From the NCBI RefSeq assembly GCF_009914755.1, contig NC_060929.1: a stretch of 64,000 bases of DNA. One strand, written 5' to 3'. Positions 30,430-44,800 of this stretch are shown here, in pieces. This stretch comes from the human T2T-CHM13v2.0 reference genome, Homo sapiens. The position numbers and the translations under genes are program-made. Numbering within the stretch: position 1 is the first letter of the stretch; each line of letters begins with the position of its first letter. The notes under the pieces are model-generated. The model was not told the origin of the DNA. It saw only the letters and a program-made list of their open reading frames with translations, and ran no database searches.

Positions 30430-31100
30430 GATCTCTGTTCTGATTTATTTCAACTATTTTCAATTTCAACTGTTGATCTTCCAGATCCTTCTCCAAATAT
30501 TTATTTTGCCCTAGCTGATGGATCATATTTGTCTAAACAATAGATTTGGGGCTTCAGTGTTTTCTCTGTAGGCCGTAAATGGGACTCAACTCTCTAACAG
30601 ATTCCTCTATTTCATGTAATAAATGTGAGGGTAACATATTCATTTTTATTCACACCTAATTTTTAAAAATCTGAATGTTTTTAAATTTTTCTCTTTTTAT
30701 TAGGCTTTAAAACTTTACCAGGATTTTCCTATGTTTGATTCTTATTCTATTTACTCTTCCTGGAACTTGGAAAGTCTACTAAACTTGTAAAGTCAGTATA
30801 TTATTCACTTCAAGAAAAATTATGATTGCTCCTTTCCCCCATTTCCTCTTTATTTTTCTCTAAGGACACATGTTATTCACATGATAGGTCTAATGAATAT
30901 GTTCTCTAAATCTCCTTTCTTTTTCCCACAATATCCACAATTTTATGTTTGTTTCTGTGGCTATTAGCTACTTCTTCCAGTCAGTTATGATTTTAGGTAC
31001 CAGGACAATAATTCAGGTCTAATCAGTTACCATTCATGCCTTCAATCCATATATTGACTTTCTTTGTTGTTGTTATTTACTTATTTGTTTAAAGCAAAAG
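30430..31100 (-). mobile_element. Ancient L1M/HAL1 ORF1-region fragment
   Basis: T-rich degenerate sequence resembling antisense L1 ORF1 (aaactttaccaggattttcct...tcttcctggaactt...tcaagaaaaattat). Confidence 0.45.
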
Positions 31101-32770
31101 GCTTTGAGTTACAGAAATCTGTTTGTGGCATCCATAAAAGCCCTCCAATGCTCGTATTGGCTACTGTTTAGTATCCTGTCTTCCTGGGTAATGCCTGCTC
31201 TGCCTGTTTTTCTCTCTAGTGCTTTAACCCCTGTGGTTATGACAGTTTCCTTTGTGCTCCTTGGGGCCCTTACTTACCTTGGAAATAGCTCACCAGGAGC
31301 ACTCTCACAGGTGGGAGCACCATAGAGCTCGTTGCCTTCCTAAGGCAGAGGAGATTAGGTTTGTGGGTATCAGTTCCTTGATGTGGCAGAGAGAATTCTG
31401 TCCTTGAGTTCCCATGCAAACTCTCACCCACCAGGGTTAAAAAATGCTGAAGCCTTTAATTCCCCCTCGACTCTCCTTGGAGATCAATAAGCCCGACAGT
31501 ATTCTGGGCCTCTCTTAGGCTCCTGCAGGCTGGTTCCTGTGTTCTGCTGGGGTCCAGAGGGAACGAGTTTGGCAACTGCTTTCTCCTCTGAGACTTCAGC
31601 TAAGGAAGAAGACCTCACTCTCTTCCTTACCTGCTCCTACAGCAGCTGCAGGAGCTACCTGCCTAGCTCAAGAAGACTAACATGGGCTGGAATCTGGAGT
31701 TGAGAGAAAAGATGCTACCATCTTCCATTTTTAAAAAATATATATACATATATATACATATACACATATATATATTTCAAATTCACAGACTGATTTGATT
31801 AGTGACTAAGTGACTATAAGAACCTCAATCTAAAACAATACTCATACATATGCAGTAAAATTAAATATATTAAATCTTTACTCAATAAATGTGTTACAAA
31901 GCTTAGAGTCTCATAAAGATAGTCGAAAAGTATTATCGTAGAAGAACCATTTTTAAACTACTTTTTAAAAAATCATCCCATGAAATGAAAAATAAACAAA
32001 AATAAATTCAAATAGCTACACCACAGAAACCAGTGAGTGGTGAAAAAGCCCCAGATCATTAGGGTGGCTCAGGTCCTGGATCATGGTTCTGTTGGCTGCA
32101 GTGTAGGCTTTGCATTCAGCTAAACCTGGAAAAATGCCTCCTTGGCTATTTTCTAAATATGTGAATTTGCAAAAGTGACTTAAATACTTTATGCCAGTTT
32201 GCACATCTTAAAAATGATATTCAAAATACTTCACGGGGCTGTCATATATTTTTAAATAAATAAGGTATATAAATGCTTAGGAATATCTGAAAAGTTGTAT
32301 TGATTAATGTAGCAACAGCTATTAATGGTATTATAATTTGGTCATACACTGAAAGCTTAAAAGACCTGGAGACAAAAATTTCAGACATTCTAGAATCTTT
32401 CTTCTCTGCAAATAATCAAATTGAATGTGCTGGTATGTTCTTAACAATATACATGTAGAATTCACGTGATAGAAGAGCCATATCAATTAAGCAAGTATTC
32501 CACGTGTTTTCAAATTTATACATGTTTCTTTCCCCTTGAGATCCAACTATTACCTACACTTACATGATTAGAAATCAATTTCAATGAATATAATTGCTAG
32601 ACCCAATAGTCTTTAACACTTTATGCCACAAAAAATACTAAAATATTTTGAAACTTCATATTTATATCCCCTCCAGATATATATATATAAGTAAAAATTG
32701 GTATTCTAAAGATGACTTTTTGATTTTCTTAATATGTTAATTGCATAATCACAAAAATGATTTTTCTTAC

Positions 32771-33065
32771 CCATATCTGACATTTCAGGCACAGTAACAA
32801 TGTATGGTCCATCTGTGAATTTTGGAGCGTTGTCATTGATGTCTTGCACTTTGATGATGAACTCGGATTCAGGCTCAAGAGGTTTGTTTGTACGTCTATC
32901 AATAGCTTGAGCATGAAGCACATAGTGGGTCTTCTGCTCTCTGTCTAGGCTTTTTGTTGAGTGGATATCACCCGTGGTATCGTCAATGATAAATATAGTC
33001 CCAGCACCCTCTCCAGTAAGGATGTACTTGACAGATCCATCACCTTTGTCAGAATTGGAGTGCAG
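32771..33065 (-). CDS. CDH18: Cadherin-18 internal coding exon (295 nt; EC1 and start of EC2)
   Basis: Translates [98 protein letters not shown](G), with cadherin LDRE and DINDN motifs. Acceptor tatttcacag|CTG at 33065, donor ATGG|gtaaga at 32771. Phase 0 to phase 1. Confidence 0.95.
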
Positions 33066-33654
33066 CTGTGAAATACACATGGAATAATTTAGCATATATT
33101 TATATTCCAACCTCACATTATGTTCTCTGAAAACTCCCTATCTATAATTACTTTGGCTATGACTTTTCTTCCCTTTACAGTGCCCTGTGTGTTACTACTA
33201 TCATTTGCTTTTCTGCAGTTTTTTTTTTTCACTTGGTTAATCATATGGATATTGCTATCATGGTTTGTCTAAGAGATACAGTTATTGATCTAAGAAAAAA
33301 ACAATAAATAATATTTATTAAAACAAAAATAGCCCTTATAATTTTACTAAATCCACATTCCACTAACTGCCATAAAGTTGGGAAAATAAATTCCCAGTAG
33401 ATTATTGTTGCCTTCCATACTTGTGAAAATAATATATTTGGTTTTAATTATTTGACATTCTATTTCAACTTTATGACTAGAAAAAAAATATATGGTAGGA
33501 CAAATTGAGGTTCAAATTAATTATTAAAATTTTCACAAAAGAGGCACATATTTAAGTCATAGTCACAGTCATGTGTTTAATAATTTGAAAAAAAATGAAA
33601 TCACCTCTAATATAAAGGGCTTTGATGTAGAATATTAAAAAATAGAGTATTTTT

Positions 33655-33987
<333 letters not shown>

Positions 33988-36900
33988 TTAGGGATAGAGT
34001 ATTTTTTTAGTTAGGGATTATAAAACTTTAACTCAAAATTTAAATAGCAGTAATATATTTAGTTGATAAATAGGCTCTCATTTTAATTAATTGAAATACA
34101 GTAACAAATCTACACTTACTAAAATTAAAATTATCAAATATTATTTGAATAGATATTAGAAAAGTAACAATAAATTACAGAAGAGGTATTCAATAAGAAA
34201 AATACCTAAAATATTGAGATAATACACTTTGTTGCCATTTAAACTGCATATAGTTTTTGCTAAAGATTCTGCTATAACACCAAAATTCACTTAAATAGTT
34301 CCAAGAGTGCCAGTGCTATATTTCTAGCTAGAAATAACAGCAGTATTTTCTCAGTTCACAAATATATTTTCAAGGATTGTTTCTCCCTAGAGGTCTGAAC
34401 AGTTATCCTTTATATTAAACCTTTTTGGGCACATAACCTCAATGATTTACCTTTTTCTCATTTCTGACACGTAGAAACATTGAAAAAACACAACTTTGTT
34501 CACATAGCATTTCAGTTTTCTTGCCATAGTAACATGAACATTTTTGAGGTTTTAAAGTCTCTGAACTCTCAGAAGACATTTGGAAAACACAAAATACAGA
34601 AAAAGACAATGCAATATGAGAAAAAGATTTTTTTTCTGGGAAAATTAGGGCAACTGAAACATAAATGATAGTATGGGAATAATTTCACTTCTTTCTTGAA
34701 AGCATGTAAAAAATTACCAGGACAAAATTTTGACAGGAATCACAGAGTAAGATTCAACAGATGAAACCATTTAAAAATGCTTATTTAGATCTTTTATAAA
34801 AATGAGCAAAAATACACAGCTTTCAAAGATTCACACTTCATTAGTAAATTGGATACTAAAAGAAGAATGCAGAATGAATTGGGTGATACAATTGTATGCT
34901 TGTATGAAAATGTGTTTATTTATTTATGTCTCTTAGTATATCATTTTAGTATCTAGAAGAAAAGATTCATCTTTCATGAAGCAGACACCCGCAAAGTGTC
35001 AATAGAGCAACCTATTTCATATTCTCTAACTTCGCGTCAATCCATGACCAAAATGTAGCAAAGTAAATCAACAAATTCATTTACCAAATGTTTCTAAAAC
35101 CTTTTCTAGAATACTTGTCATTAAACTAACAAAAGGTGAGATAGTTTGGTAATTATTATGTTGTTATATTATATATAAATTATAAATCTATATATTGTAC
35201 TTATAACTGTATAAAACATTTTTGCAGAATGTGTTATGTCTTTTAACAATTTCTAAAAGTTTAACAATGATGAAAATTGGCATTCATCTTCAGGATATGT
35301 ATATGTGTGTATACATATATATATACATGAAAAATATGTTTAGTGAAATTAATTTGATGTCACTTAGTTTTTTTATTACTAACAAAATGTAGCAATATAA
35401 AATTATACTAAGTGTACAGTTAGGTTCTTATTACAGATACTTAAGGATATTTAAAGAAGAATAGGCTTAAGTGTATAAGAGAAATAGTAAAGTTCTTAAC
35501 CTACAGCATCTATTAAGCATCTATTAAATATATATACTATACACTATATAGATTCTAGTAATTCAGATATAAAAATAAAAATTTCAGTAATTTTAGGGCT
35601 ATCAATTTTAAGACTTGAATCTGACTCCACATGTATAACATTATTATAATTCATATATATACTTTTTATAATTAATAAACAGTTTTTATAATACCTAGTT
35701 AACAGCATAAATGCTTCTGAAGATATGACTAATTTGAACCTAGATTGTAATAAGATTAGTAAATTATAATTCAGTAATATTTATATTTTTGGATAACCTT
35801 ACACCAAATATTATGAAACTTACACAAAAATATCATGAAAATGTATTTCGATTACATTGCTTTCTAAGAATATTTAGCATGAGTTTTTAAATAACGTAGA
35901 TGATCATTTTATTAATGAAATTTTAGTTTCTTGGCCAGCTTGGTTAAATCTTGAAATAAGCAGATTCCCATGTAACACTAACGGGAAACCATTGTAGTAG
36001 TTATTTAGTAGACTGACTAATAGTTTATATGATTATGATGATAACCACTGTGAAATAGCAAAGTGGTTTACTCTCAAGATTCCCTCTCCTCCACCAAATC
36101 TATTCTCAAATCTCAGTTCTGTTTGCAATATACACTTTGCAACAGGAATGGGGCCTGAGAGAAACCTTGAGTATTTTGTCTTGAATTTTTTAATAAAAGG
36201 GTTTTAAGACTCTAGAGAAGTATTTTATTAATTTTTGTAAGCCAAAAAATGATGAATGAATGAAATAGGTGAATAATAAGGGTAGTTGCAGACACAGAAA
36301 ACTTGACAAATGGAGAAAAAGCTCTTGAATAGAGATAATCAGTTAGGAATATTATGATGATAGAAATATGTCATCTCTGAGTGGGGTCACCAGTGAGACA
36401 TCAAATGAAAGAGATTGGAAAAGAGCATGGAAATTAGAAATACTCCATATATAGACATGGTAGTGACTCAGTAACCAGTTAAATGTAGGTTACAAGCTTA
36501 GCTAACCACTATACTACTAAGAGAGATGCCCATGATTTTTTTTTACAGTGAAATAAGTAAAAATATTTGGAAGATAAATTAGATTTTAGTCATATACAGT
36601 GAAGCCCCCCCCCCACTTTTTTTAAATCAGTTTAGTCATACCAAGGGCATTGTAGCAGGGTCTGAATGTAACACCTCATATATACTCTTAGAGCCATGGG
36701 ATTTTGCAAAGCAGGCTGTATTTTCATGCTGAAAGATAGACATTATATTGTCCTAAAGCAAGAAGAGATAGTCTTTGGGTATCTCATCACATAACAAAGT
36801 AGGCTAAATTAACTGCTCTTTAGAGAACGGCAAAGGAATGAGGGGTGAAAAAAGTAAAAAGAAAATGCAGTTACCCTAGTGAAGCAAAATGCTAGTAATC

Positions 36901-37657
36901 TCTAGCATTACTTTAATAAATTGTCACTTTCTTAGCATTAAGTAGTAACCTATGGCACTTAGAAAGCCAGCGTGACTCACATGAGTTCACTCTAGAAAAC
37001 TATTTATTCACCCTGGACTACATTAGGATCAGGACCTGAAAATTTATAGCTTTCACTCTAATGCAAAGTTCATCAATAAAATAATATTCTATTCCTTGGG
37101 GAAGAATAACTTTAAAAAGTTAAGAAGATGTTGGTGGAGCTATTCATTTACAAAGTTCAGTTTAATTATGTTAAAAAGATAGGTCATTGACTTAAAACTG
37201 TAATATTTTGGGATACATAATTTATATACTTGTTTATAAGTAGAAAACATATTTATAATATTTCAGTGGAAGCCAAAAATAAAGGCAGAAATATAGTAAT
37301 TCCACTATGATTGATCATTATCTCCAAAACTTGCACAAAAATATGTGACACAATGTGAAAGAAATGTGAAAACATGGGGAATACATGTCACTGAGGAGTA
37401 TTATGTATCCTTCATTCCAGAATGTATTACATTCTTAAAGTATAGGCAAATGAAACAAAAATCAATCCAACTGTTAATAAGTAACTGATGTGAAATAAAA
37501 CACATTAAGCAGTAACAGTCTCTTGCTAACTGATAATATATTAGTCTCTGTGAAAAAGGGACATGTATTAACCATAATTTTTAATTACACACCAATAAAT
37601 GTATAAAAGGTTATGTTAAAGAGTTAAATAAAGTTTTATTTTTAAAAATTTAATCCA

Positions 37658-40600
37658 TCAAGGTGGATGGGAGTCAGGACTGGATTGCAGCTATAACTCA
37701 GACAGACAGAGCAGGATGTGGAGGCTCACATTGTTAATTTTGCCCCAGAATGACTGCAGGAATAGCAGGAATCCTGAGAGTACTCGCAGACCCTCTGAAG
37801 GAAGCAGATTGCTCCTGCAGGGCCCCCAAGATGCCCCAAATATTGTAAGTGCCCAGGCTGTGAAACAGGGAAAGGGAGATCCGTTGCCCTTGAATACACA
37901 CCCCCACTGGGGAAACTGAAGGTCTAGTTTATAGGAGAATATTCTGATCTTACCTGGAGCAGTGTGAATTTAGAAAGCCAAGCAAAATACAGGGGTAGAG
38001 GAAGCAGTGTCCATTCCTGCTTGGACTCAGGGGAGGATGCAAATCCTGTGTGTAGACTCCACAGACAGTGGAAGCACTAAAGCCCTACTTTCTTTTGCAA
38101 CTGGGAAGCGGGTTAGCCGGCGGTAAGTCCTCAGCCCTGCTTGCCCATTGCCTGGAAACAGACTAGATGCTATGATGGGGCCATGGTAGGAGTGAGACCA
38201 GCCCTTTGGATTGTGTGGGAGCTGGGAGAAGCCTGTGACTCCCGGCTCTCCCCCACTTCCTTGACAACCTGCAGAACTCAGCAGAGGCAGCCATTATCTT
38301 CCTAGGTACATAACTCCATTGACCTGGAAATCTTGCCCTCATCCCCCACAGCAGTGGCAGCAAGACCCACCCAAGAAAAGTCTGAGTTCAGACACGCCTG
38401 GCCCTGCCCCCACCCAATGGTACTTCCCTACCCATCCTGGTAACTGAAGACAAAGGGCATATACTTTTGGGAGTTCTAGGGCCCCACCTGCCATGGGTTC
38501 CTCTCCATACTAACACAGCTGATGCTCTCTGGAAAGCACCACCTCCTGGCAGAAGGCCAACCAGCACACAAAAAAGAGCATTAAACCACCAAAGTTAAGA
38601 ACACTCACAGTGTCCATTTCACCTTCCTGCCACCTCCACCAGAACAGGTGCTGGTATTCATGGCTGAGAGACCCACAGACGGTTCACATCACAGGACTTT
38701 GTACAGACAACACCCAGTATTAGCCCAGAGCCTGGTAGACTTTTTGGGTGGCTAGACCCAGAAGAGAGGCAGCAATCACTATACCTTGGCTCTCAGGAAG
38801 CCACATCCATAGGAAAAGGGGGAGGACACTATGTGAAGGAAACACCCCATGTGAAAAAAGAATCTAACCACAGCCTTCAGCCCTAGACCTTCCCTCTGAC
38901 ATAACCTACCCAAATGAGAAGGAACCAGAAAACCAACTCTGGTAATATGACAGAACAGGGCTCTTTAACACCCCCAAAAATCCTACTAGCTTACCAGCAA
39001 TGGATGCAAACCAAGAAGAAATCCCTGATTTGCCTGAAAAGGAATTCAGGAGGTTAGTTATTAATCTAATCATGGAGGCCCCAAATAAAGGTAAGCCCAA
39101 TGCAAGGAAATAAATAACAATAAAAAAAGATGCAAGAAGTGAAGGGAGAAATAGTCAATGAAATAGATTGCATAAACAAAAACAATAAAAACTTCAGGAA
39201 ACATTGGACACAGATAGAAATGCAAAATTTTCTGGAAAGTCTTAGCAATAAAATTCAACAAGTAGAAGAAAGAAATTCAGACAAGTTCTTCAAATTAACC
39301 CAATCCAACAAAGACAGAAGAAAGAATAAGAAAATATGAACAAAGCCTCAGAGTAGTCTGGGATTATATTAAATGACCAAACCTAAGAATAATCAGTGTT
39401 CTTCAAGAAGAAGAGAAATCTAAAAGTTTGGAAAACATATCTGGGGGAAAAAATTGAGGAAATATTCCCTGGCCTTGCTAGAGACCTAGACACATTGCTA
39501 TGTGTTATGCCAATGCATAGGTCATCTAAAGTTACGACAAAGGAAAGAATCTTAAGTGCTGTGAGACAAAAGCTCCAGGTATCCTACAAAGGAAAACCTA
39601 TCAGATTGACAGCAGATTTCTCAGCAGAAACCATACAAGCTCGAAGGAATTGGGGCTGTATCTTCAGCTTCCTCAAACAAAACAACTATCAGCCAAGAAT
39701 TTTGTATCCAGTGAAACTAAGCATCATATATGAAAGAAAGATACAGTTTTTTTCAGAAAAACAAATGCTGAGAGAATTTGTCACTACCAAGCCACCACTA
39801 CAAGAACTGCTAAAAGGAGCTCTAAATCTTGAAACAAATCCTTGAAACGCATCAAAACGGAACCTTTTTAAGCATAAATCTCACAGGACCTATAAAACAA
39901 AATAGAACTTAAAAACCAAAAACAAAACAAACAAACAAAAAAACCCCCAAAAAACCAAGATACACAGGCAACATTATGAATGGAATGGTACCTCACATCT
40001 CAACATTAACATTGAATGTAAATTGCCTAAATGCTCCACTTAAAAGATACAGAACTGCAGAATGGATAAGAATTCACCAACCAAGTATCTGTTGCCTTCA
40101 AGAGACTCACCTAACACATAAAGACTCACATAAACTTTAAGTAAAGTGGTGAAAAAAAGACATTTCATGCAAATGGACACCAAAAGGAAGCAGGAGTAGC
40201 TATTCTTATATCAGAAAAAGACAAACTTTAAAACAACAGCAGTTAAAAAGGGCAAAGAGGGACATTATATAATGGTAAAAGGCCTTGTCCAACAGGAAAA
40301 TATCACAATCTTAAACATATATGTACCTAACACTGGAGATCCCAAATTTATGAAACAATTACTACTAGACCTAAGAAATGAGACAGACAGTAACACAAGA
40401 ATAGTGGGGGATTTCAATATCCCACAGACAGCACTAGACAGGTCATCAAGACAGAAAGCCAACAAGGAAACTGGATTTAAACTATACCTTGGAACAAATG
40501 GACTTAACAGATAAATGCAGAACATTCCATCCAACGGCTGCAATATACACATTCTATTCAATAGCACATGGAACTTTCTCCAAGATAGACCATATGATAG

Positions 40601-41227
40601 GCCACAAAATGAGCCTCAATAAATTTAAGAAAATTGAAGTTATATCAAGCACTCTCTCAGACCACAGTGGAATAAAACTGGAAATCAACTTCAAAAGGAA
40701 CCTTTGAACCCATGCAAATACATGGAAATTAAATAACCTGCTCCTGAATCAGCCCTGGGTCAAAAACAAAAGGATGGAAATTGAAAAATTCTTCAAACTG
40801 AACAACGATAATGACAGAACCTATCAAAACCTCTGGGATACAGCAAAGGTGGTGCTAAGAGGAAATTTCATAGCCCTAAATGCCTACATCAAAAAGACTG
40901 AAAGAGCACAAACTGACAATCTAAGGTCATGCCTTAAGGAACTAGAGGAACAAGAACAAACCAAACCCAAACCCAGCAGAAGAAAGGAAATAACCAAGAT
41001 CATAGCAGAACTAAATGAAATAAAAACAAACAAAAAAAATACAAAAAATAAAAAAATAAAAAAAAGAAATAAAAAGCTGGTTCTTCGAAGAAATAAATAA
41101 AATTGATTGACCATTAGCAAGATTAACCAAGAAAAGAAGAGAGAAAATCCAAATAACCTCGGTAAGAAATGAAATGGGAGATATTACAACTGACACCAGA
41201 GAAACACAAAAGTTCATTCAATGCTAT
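37658..41227 (+). mobile_element. L1PB (L1PBa-type) 5' half: 5'UTR, disrupted ORF1, ORF2 endonuclease region
   Basis: L1PBa-like start (ggatgggagtcaggactggattgcagct). ORF1 begins MRRNQKTNSGNM near 38914 and includes KGKPIRLTADFSAET. ORF2 begins MNGMVPHISTLTLNVN near 39977 and includes GDFN and SDH motifs. Many stops and frameshifts. Confidence 0.9.
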
Positions 41228-41266
41228 TGTATTAGTCAGTGTTCTCTAGAGGGACAGAACTAACAG

Positions 41267-41320
<54 letters not shown>

Positions 41321-41887
41321 TATATATACACACACACATACATAGATATATACACATATATATACACACACACATATATATATATATGCCCTGTTAGTTT
41401 TATATTTTATATATATATATTTTATATATAATAAAATATAGGATATATATAATATAAGATATATATAATATAAGACATATACATATATCTCCTATATAAA
41501 TATAAAGGGGAGTTTATTAAGTATTAACTCACATAATCACAACATCACACAATAAGCTTTCTGCAAGCTGAGGAGCAAGGAGAGCCAGTCCAAGTCCCAA
41601 AACTGAAGAACTTGGAGTCCGATGTTTGAGGGCAGGAAGCATCCAGCAAGGGAGAAAGATGTCGACTGGGAGACTAGGCCAGTCTCCCCTTTTCACGTTT
41701 TTCTGCCTGCTTTGTATTTGCTGACAGCTATTTAGACAGTGTCCACCAGATTAAGGGTGGATCTGCCTTCCCCAGCCTACTGATTCAAAGGTTAATCTCT
41801 TTTGGCAACACCCTCAAAGACACATCCAGGGTCAATACTTTGTATCCTTCAATCCAATCAAGTTGACACTCAGTGTTAACCATCACA
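41228..41887 (-). mobile_element. MLT2A (MLT2A1-like) 3' LTR of HERV-L with expanded TA/CA microsatellite
   Basis: Minus strand reads TGTGATGGTTAACACTGAGTGTCAACTTGATTGGATTGAAGG ... CCCTCTAGAGAACACTGACTAATACA. PPT gacaaggggtgtact precedes it. Confidence 0.93.
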
Positions 41888-44800
41888 AGTACACCCCTTG
41901 TCAAGTTGAACCCACACACATCTCCTGAGATCATGCATAATCTTCAAATAAAGACAATAATAAGGTCATAATTACACCTAACATAATACAACTGTCCTCT
42001 GTACAACTGGAAACACACCAACCCCCAACCCAAACACTATCACATAAAGTTAACAATATTTAAGTGCTGATACGAAGTCAATAAATCTTATGTCATATGA
42101 TAAAGGAAATAAAATAAAGATATTTTCTTCATACAAGTGTATACATGTACAAATATTTTTAGCAAAAGAAGGAGGAAATACTCATGACAATTACAGTCCC
42201 CATTGCTGCAGATGGTCACGTGGTCATAGCTGGTATTGATGACTACTTTCTTCTACTACCTATTCTGTATTTCTTTGCCTTCAGCAAGGACCTCAGCAGG
42301 TCATGATATTTTCCTGGTGGAGTGACCCAAACCTTTACTCCTGAGAGGGGCTGTTGTAGTTTCCATTAACCTTAATCACAGGGAATGATAATACTAAGAG
42401 ACGCCCAAATGGATCTCCTGTATCCCATGCATACTGTTCTTTACCTCTGTTGTGGAGTAGTGGACTGATTTCATCTTGATAGTCTGGGTCAATCACCCCA
42501 GCCAACACTGTAACTCCCTCCTTAGCTTGTTGGCTTAAAGGTAGGAGAAGCCTAAAGTGGCAGTCTTAACTTATAGTTCAATGGAATTGTTGCTATGTCT
42601 CCTGGTGTCAGTGTTCCTCCCTCTGGAACTAAGGCCTCTAGGCCAGCAGAATGTAATATCACAGTAACAGGAAGCAAATATTTTGCTAGTGGATCACTAG
42701 GGGAGATGGTGTGTGTTGCCACTTATGCTTCTATTCCTTGATTCCCGGATCCATGAATCTTCGCTATGGGAGAAACAGTACAATATAGCGGATGCTGATT
42801 CAGAGCATACCCAGCCTTCTGGATAACTTTGCCTCAGCCCTGCAAAGTATTGTTACCTAGTTGGTGTTGTAATTGTGACTTCAAAAGGCCATTCCACCAT
42901 TCTATCAATCCAGCTACTTCAGGATGATGGGAAACATGGTAAGACCAGTTAATTCCATGAGGATAAGCCCACTGCCACACTTTTTTGTTGTAAAGTGAGT
43001 GCCTTAGTTAGAGGCAATGCTGTGTGGAATACCATGAGGGTGGATAAGGCATTCCATGAGTCCATGGATGGTAGTCTTGGCAAAAGCATTGTGTGCACGA
43101 TAGGCAAACCCATATGCAGAGTAAGTGTCTATTCCAGTGAAGACCAACCTCTGACCTTTCCATGATGGAGGAGGTTCAATATAATCAACCTGTCATCAGG
43201 TAGCTGGCTGATCTCCCCGAGGAATGGTGCCATATTGAGGGCTCAGTGTTGGTCTCTGCTGCTGGCAAACTGGGCACTCAGCAGTGGCTGTAGCCAGGTC
43301 AGCCTTGGTGAGTGGACGTCCATGTTGCTGAGCCCATGTGTAACCTCCATCCCTGCCAACATGGCCACTTTGTTCATGGACCCATTTGGCTATGTCAGGG
43401 GTGGCTGGGGAAAGAGGCTGAGTGGTATCCACAGATCAGGTCATTCTATCCACTTGATTATTAAAATCCTCCTCAGTTGAGGTCACCTATTGGTGAGCAC
43501 TCTCATGGAGTACAAATGTCTTCAGTTTTTGACCACTCATAGAGGTCCACCCACATAACTCTTCCCCAAATTTCTTTGTCACCAATTTTCCGATCATGCT
43601 TCTTCCAAGTCCCTGGCCATCCAGACAAACCATAGGCTACAGCCCAGGAATCAGTAGATAATCACACATCTGGCCATTACTCCTTCCATGCAAAGTGCAC
43701 AACCACGTGCACTGTTTGAAGTTCTGCCCATTGGGAAGATTTCCCTTCACCGTTGTCCTTCAGGGATGTCCTTAAAAGGGGCTGTAGTGGTGCAGCTGTC
43801 CACTTTTGGGTGGTGCCTGAATATCGTGCAGAACCATCTGTGAACCAGGCTCGAGTCTTCTCTTCCTCTGTCAACTGATCATAGGGAACCTCCCATGAGG
43901 CCTTCAGTGCAGACTGGGGAAGAGAAGGCAGGGTGGCAGGAGTGGAGACCATGGGCATTTGAGCCACTTTCTCATGTAACTTACTTGTACCTTCAGGACC
44001 TGCTAGAGCCTGATCATATATATAACCACTTCTATTTGATGATAGAACGCTGCTGTGTATGACCCACTTTATGGCTAGATGGGTCAGAAAGCAACCAGTT
44101 AATGATAGGCAGTACAGGTCGCATGGTGACTTGGTGACATATAGTCAAATGTTCAGTTTCCACCAAAGTCCAGTAACAGGCCAAGAGCTGCCTCTCAAAA
44201 GGACAGTAATTATATGCAGAAGATGGCAGGGCATTGCTCCAAAATCATAGAGGCCTCCACTGTGATTCACCTATGGTGGCCTGCAAAAGGCTCCAAACAA
44301 CATCCCTGTCTGCCACTGACACCTCAAGCACCGTTGGATCTACTGGGTCATGTGGCTTAAGTGGCAGAGCAGCTTGCACAGAAGCCTGGATCTGTTGCAG
44401 AGCCTTCTCCTGTTCTGTATCCCACTCATAATTGGCAGACTTTCGGGTCACCCAATAAATGGGCCAGAGTAACACACTAAACGAGGAATGTGTTGCCTCC
44501 AAAACCTAAATAGCCCCACTAAGCATTGCGCCTCTTTCTTCATTGTAGGAGGTGCCAAATGCAGCAATTTATCCTTCACCTTAGAAGGGATATCTTGACA
44601 GGCCCCACACCACTGGAACCCTAGAAATTTTACTGAAGTAGAAGGTCCTTGAATTGTAGTTGGATTTATTCCCCATCCTCTGGCACGCAAATGTCTCACC
44701 AATAAGTCCACTGTGTTTGCTCTTTCTTGCTCACTGGATCTGATCAGCACAATGTCACCAATGTAATGGACCAGTGTGATATCTTGCAGAAGCGAAAAGC

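Noticed and set aside
32706-33116. 136-aa ORF as a stand-alone gene
   Set aside because: Only 33065-32771 is cadherin-like and it is bounded by splice sites. The ORF ends are intronic read-through.
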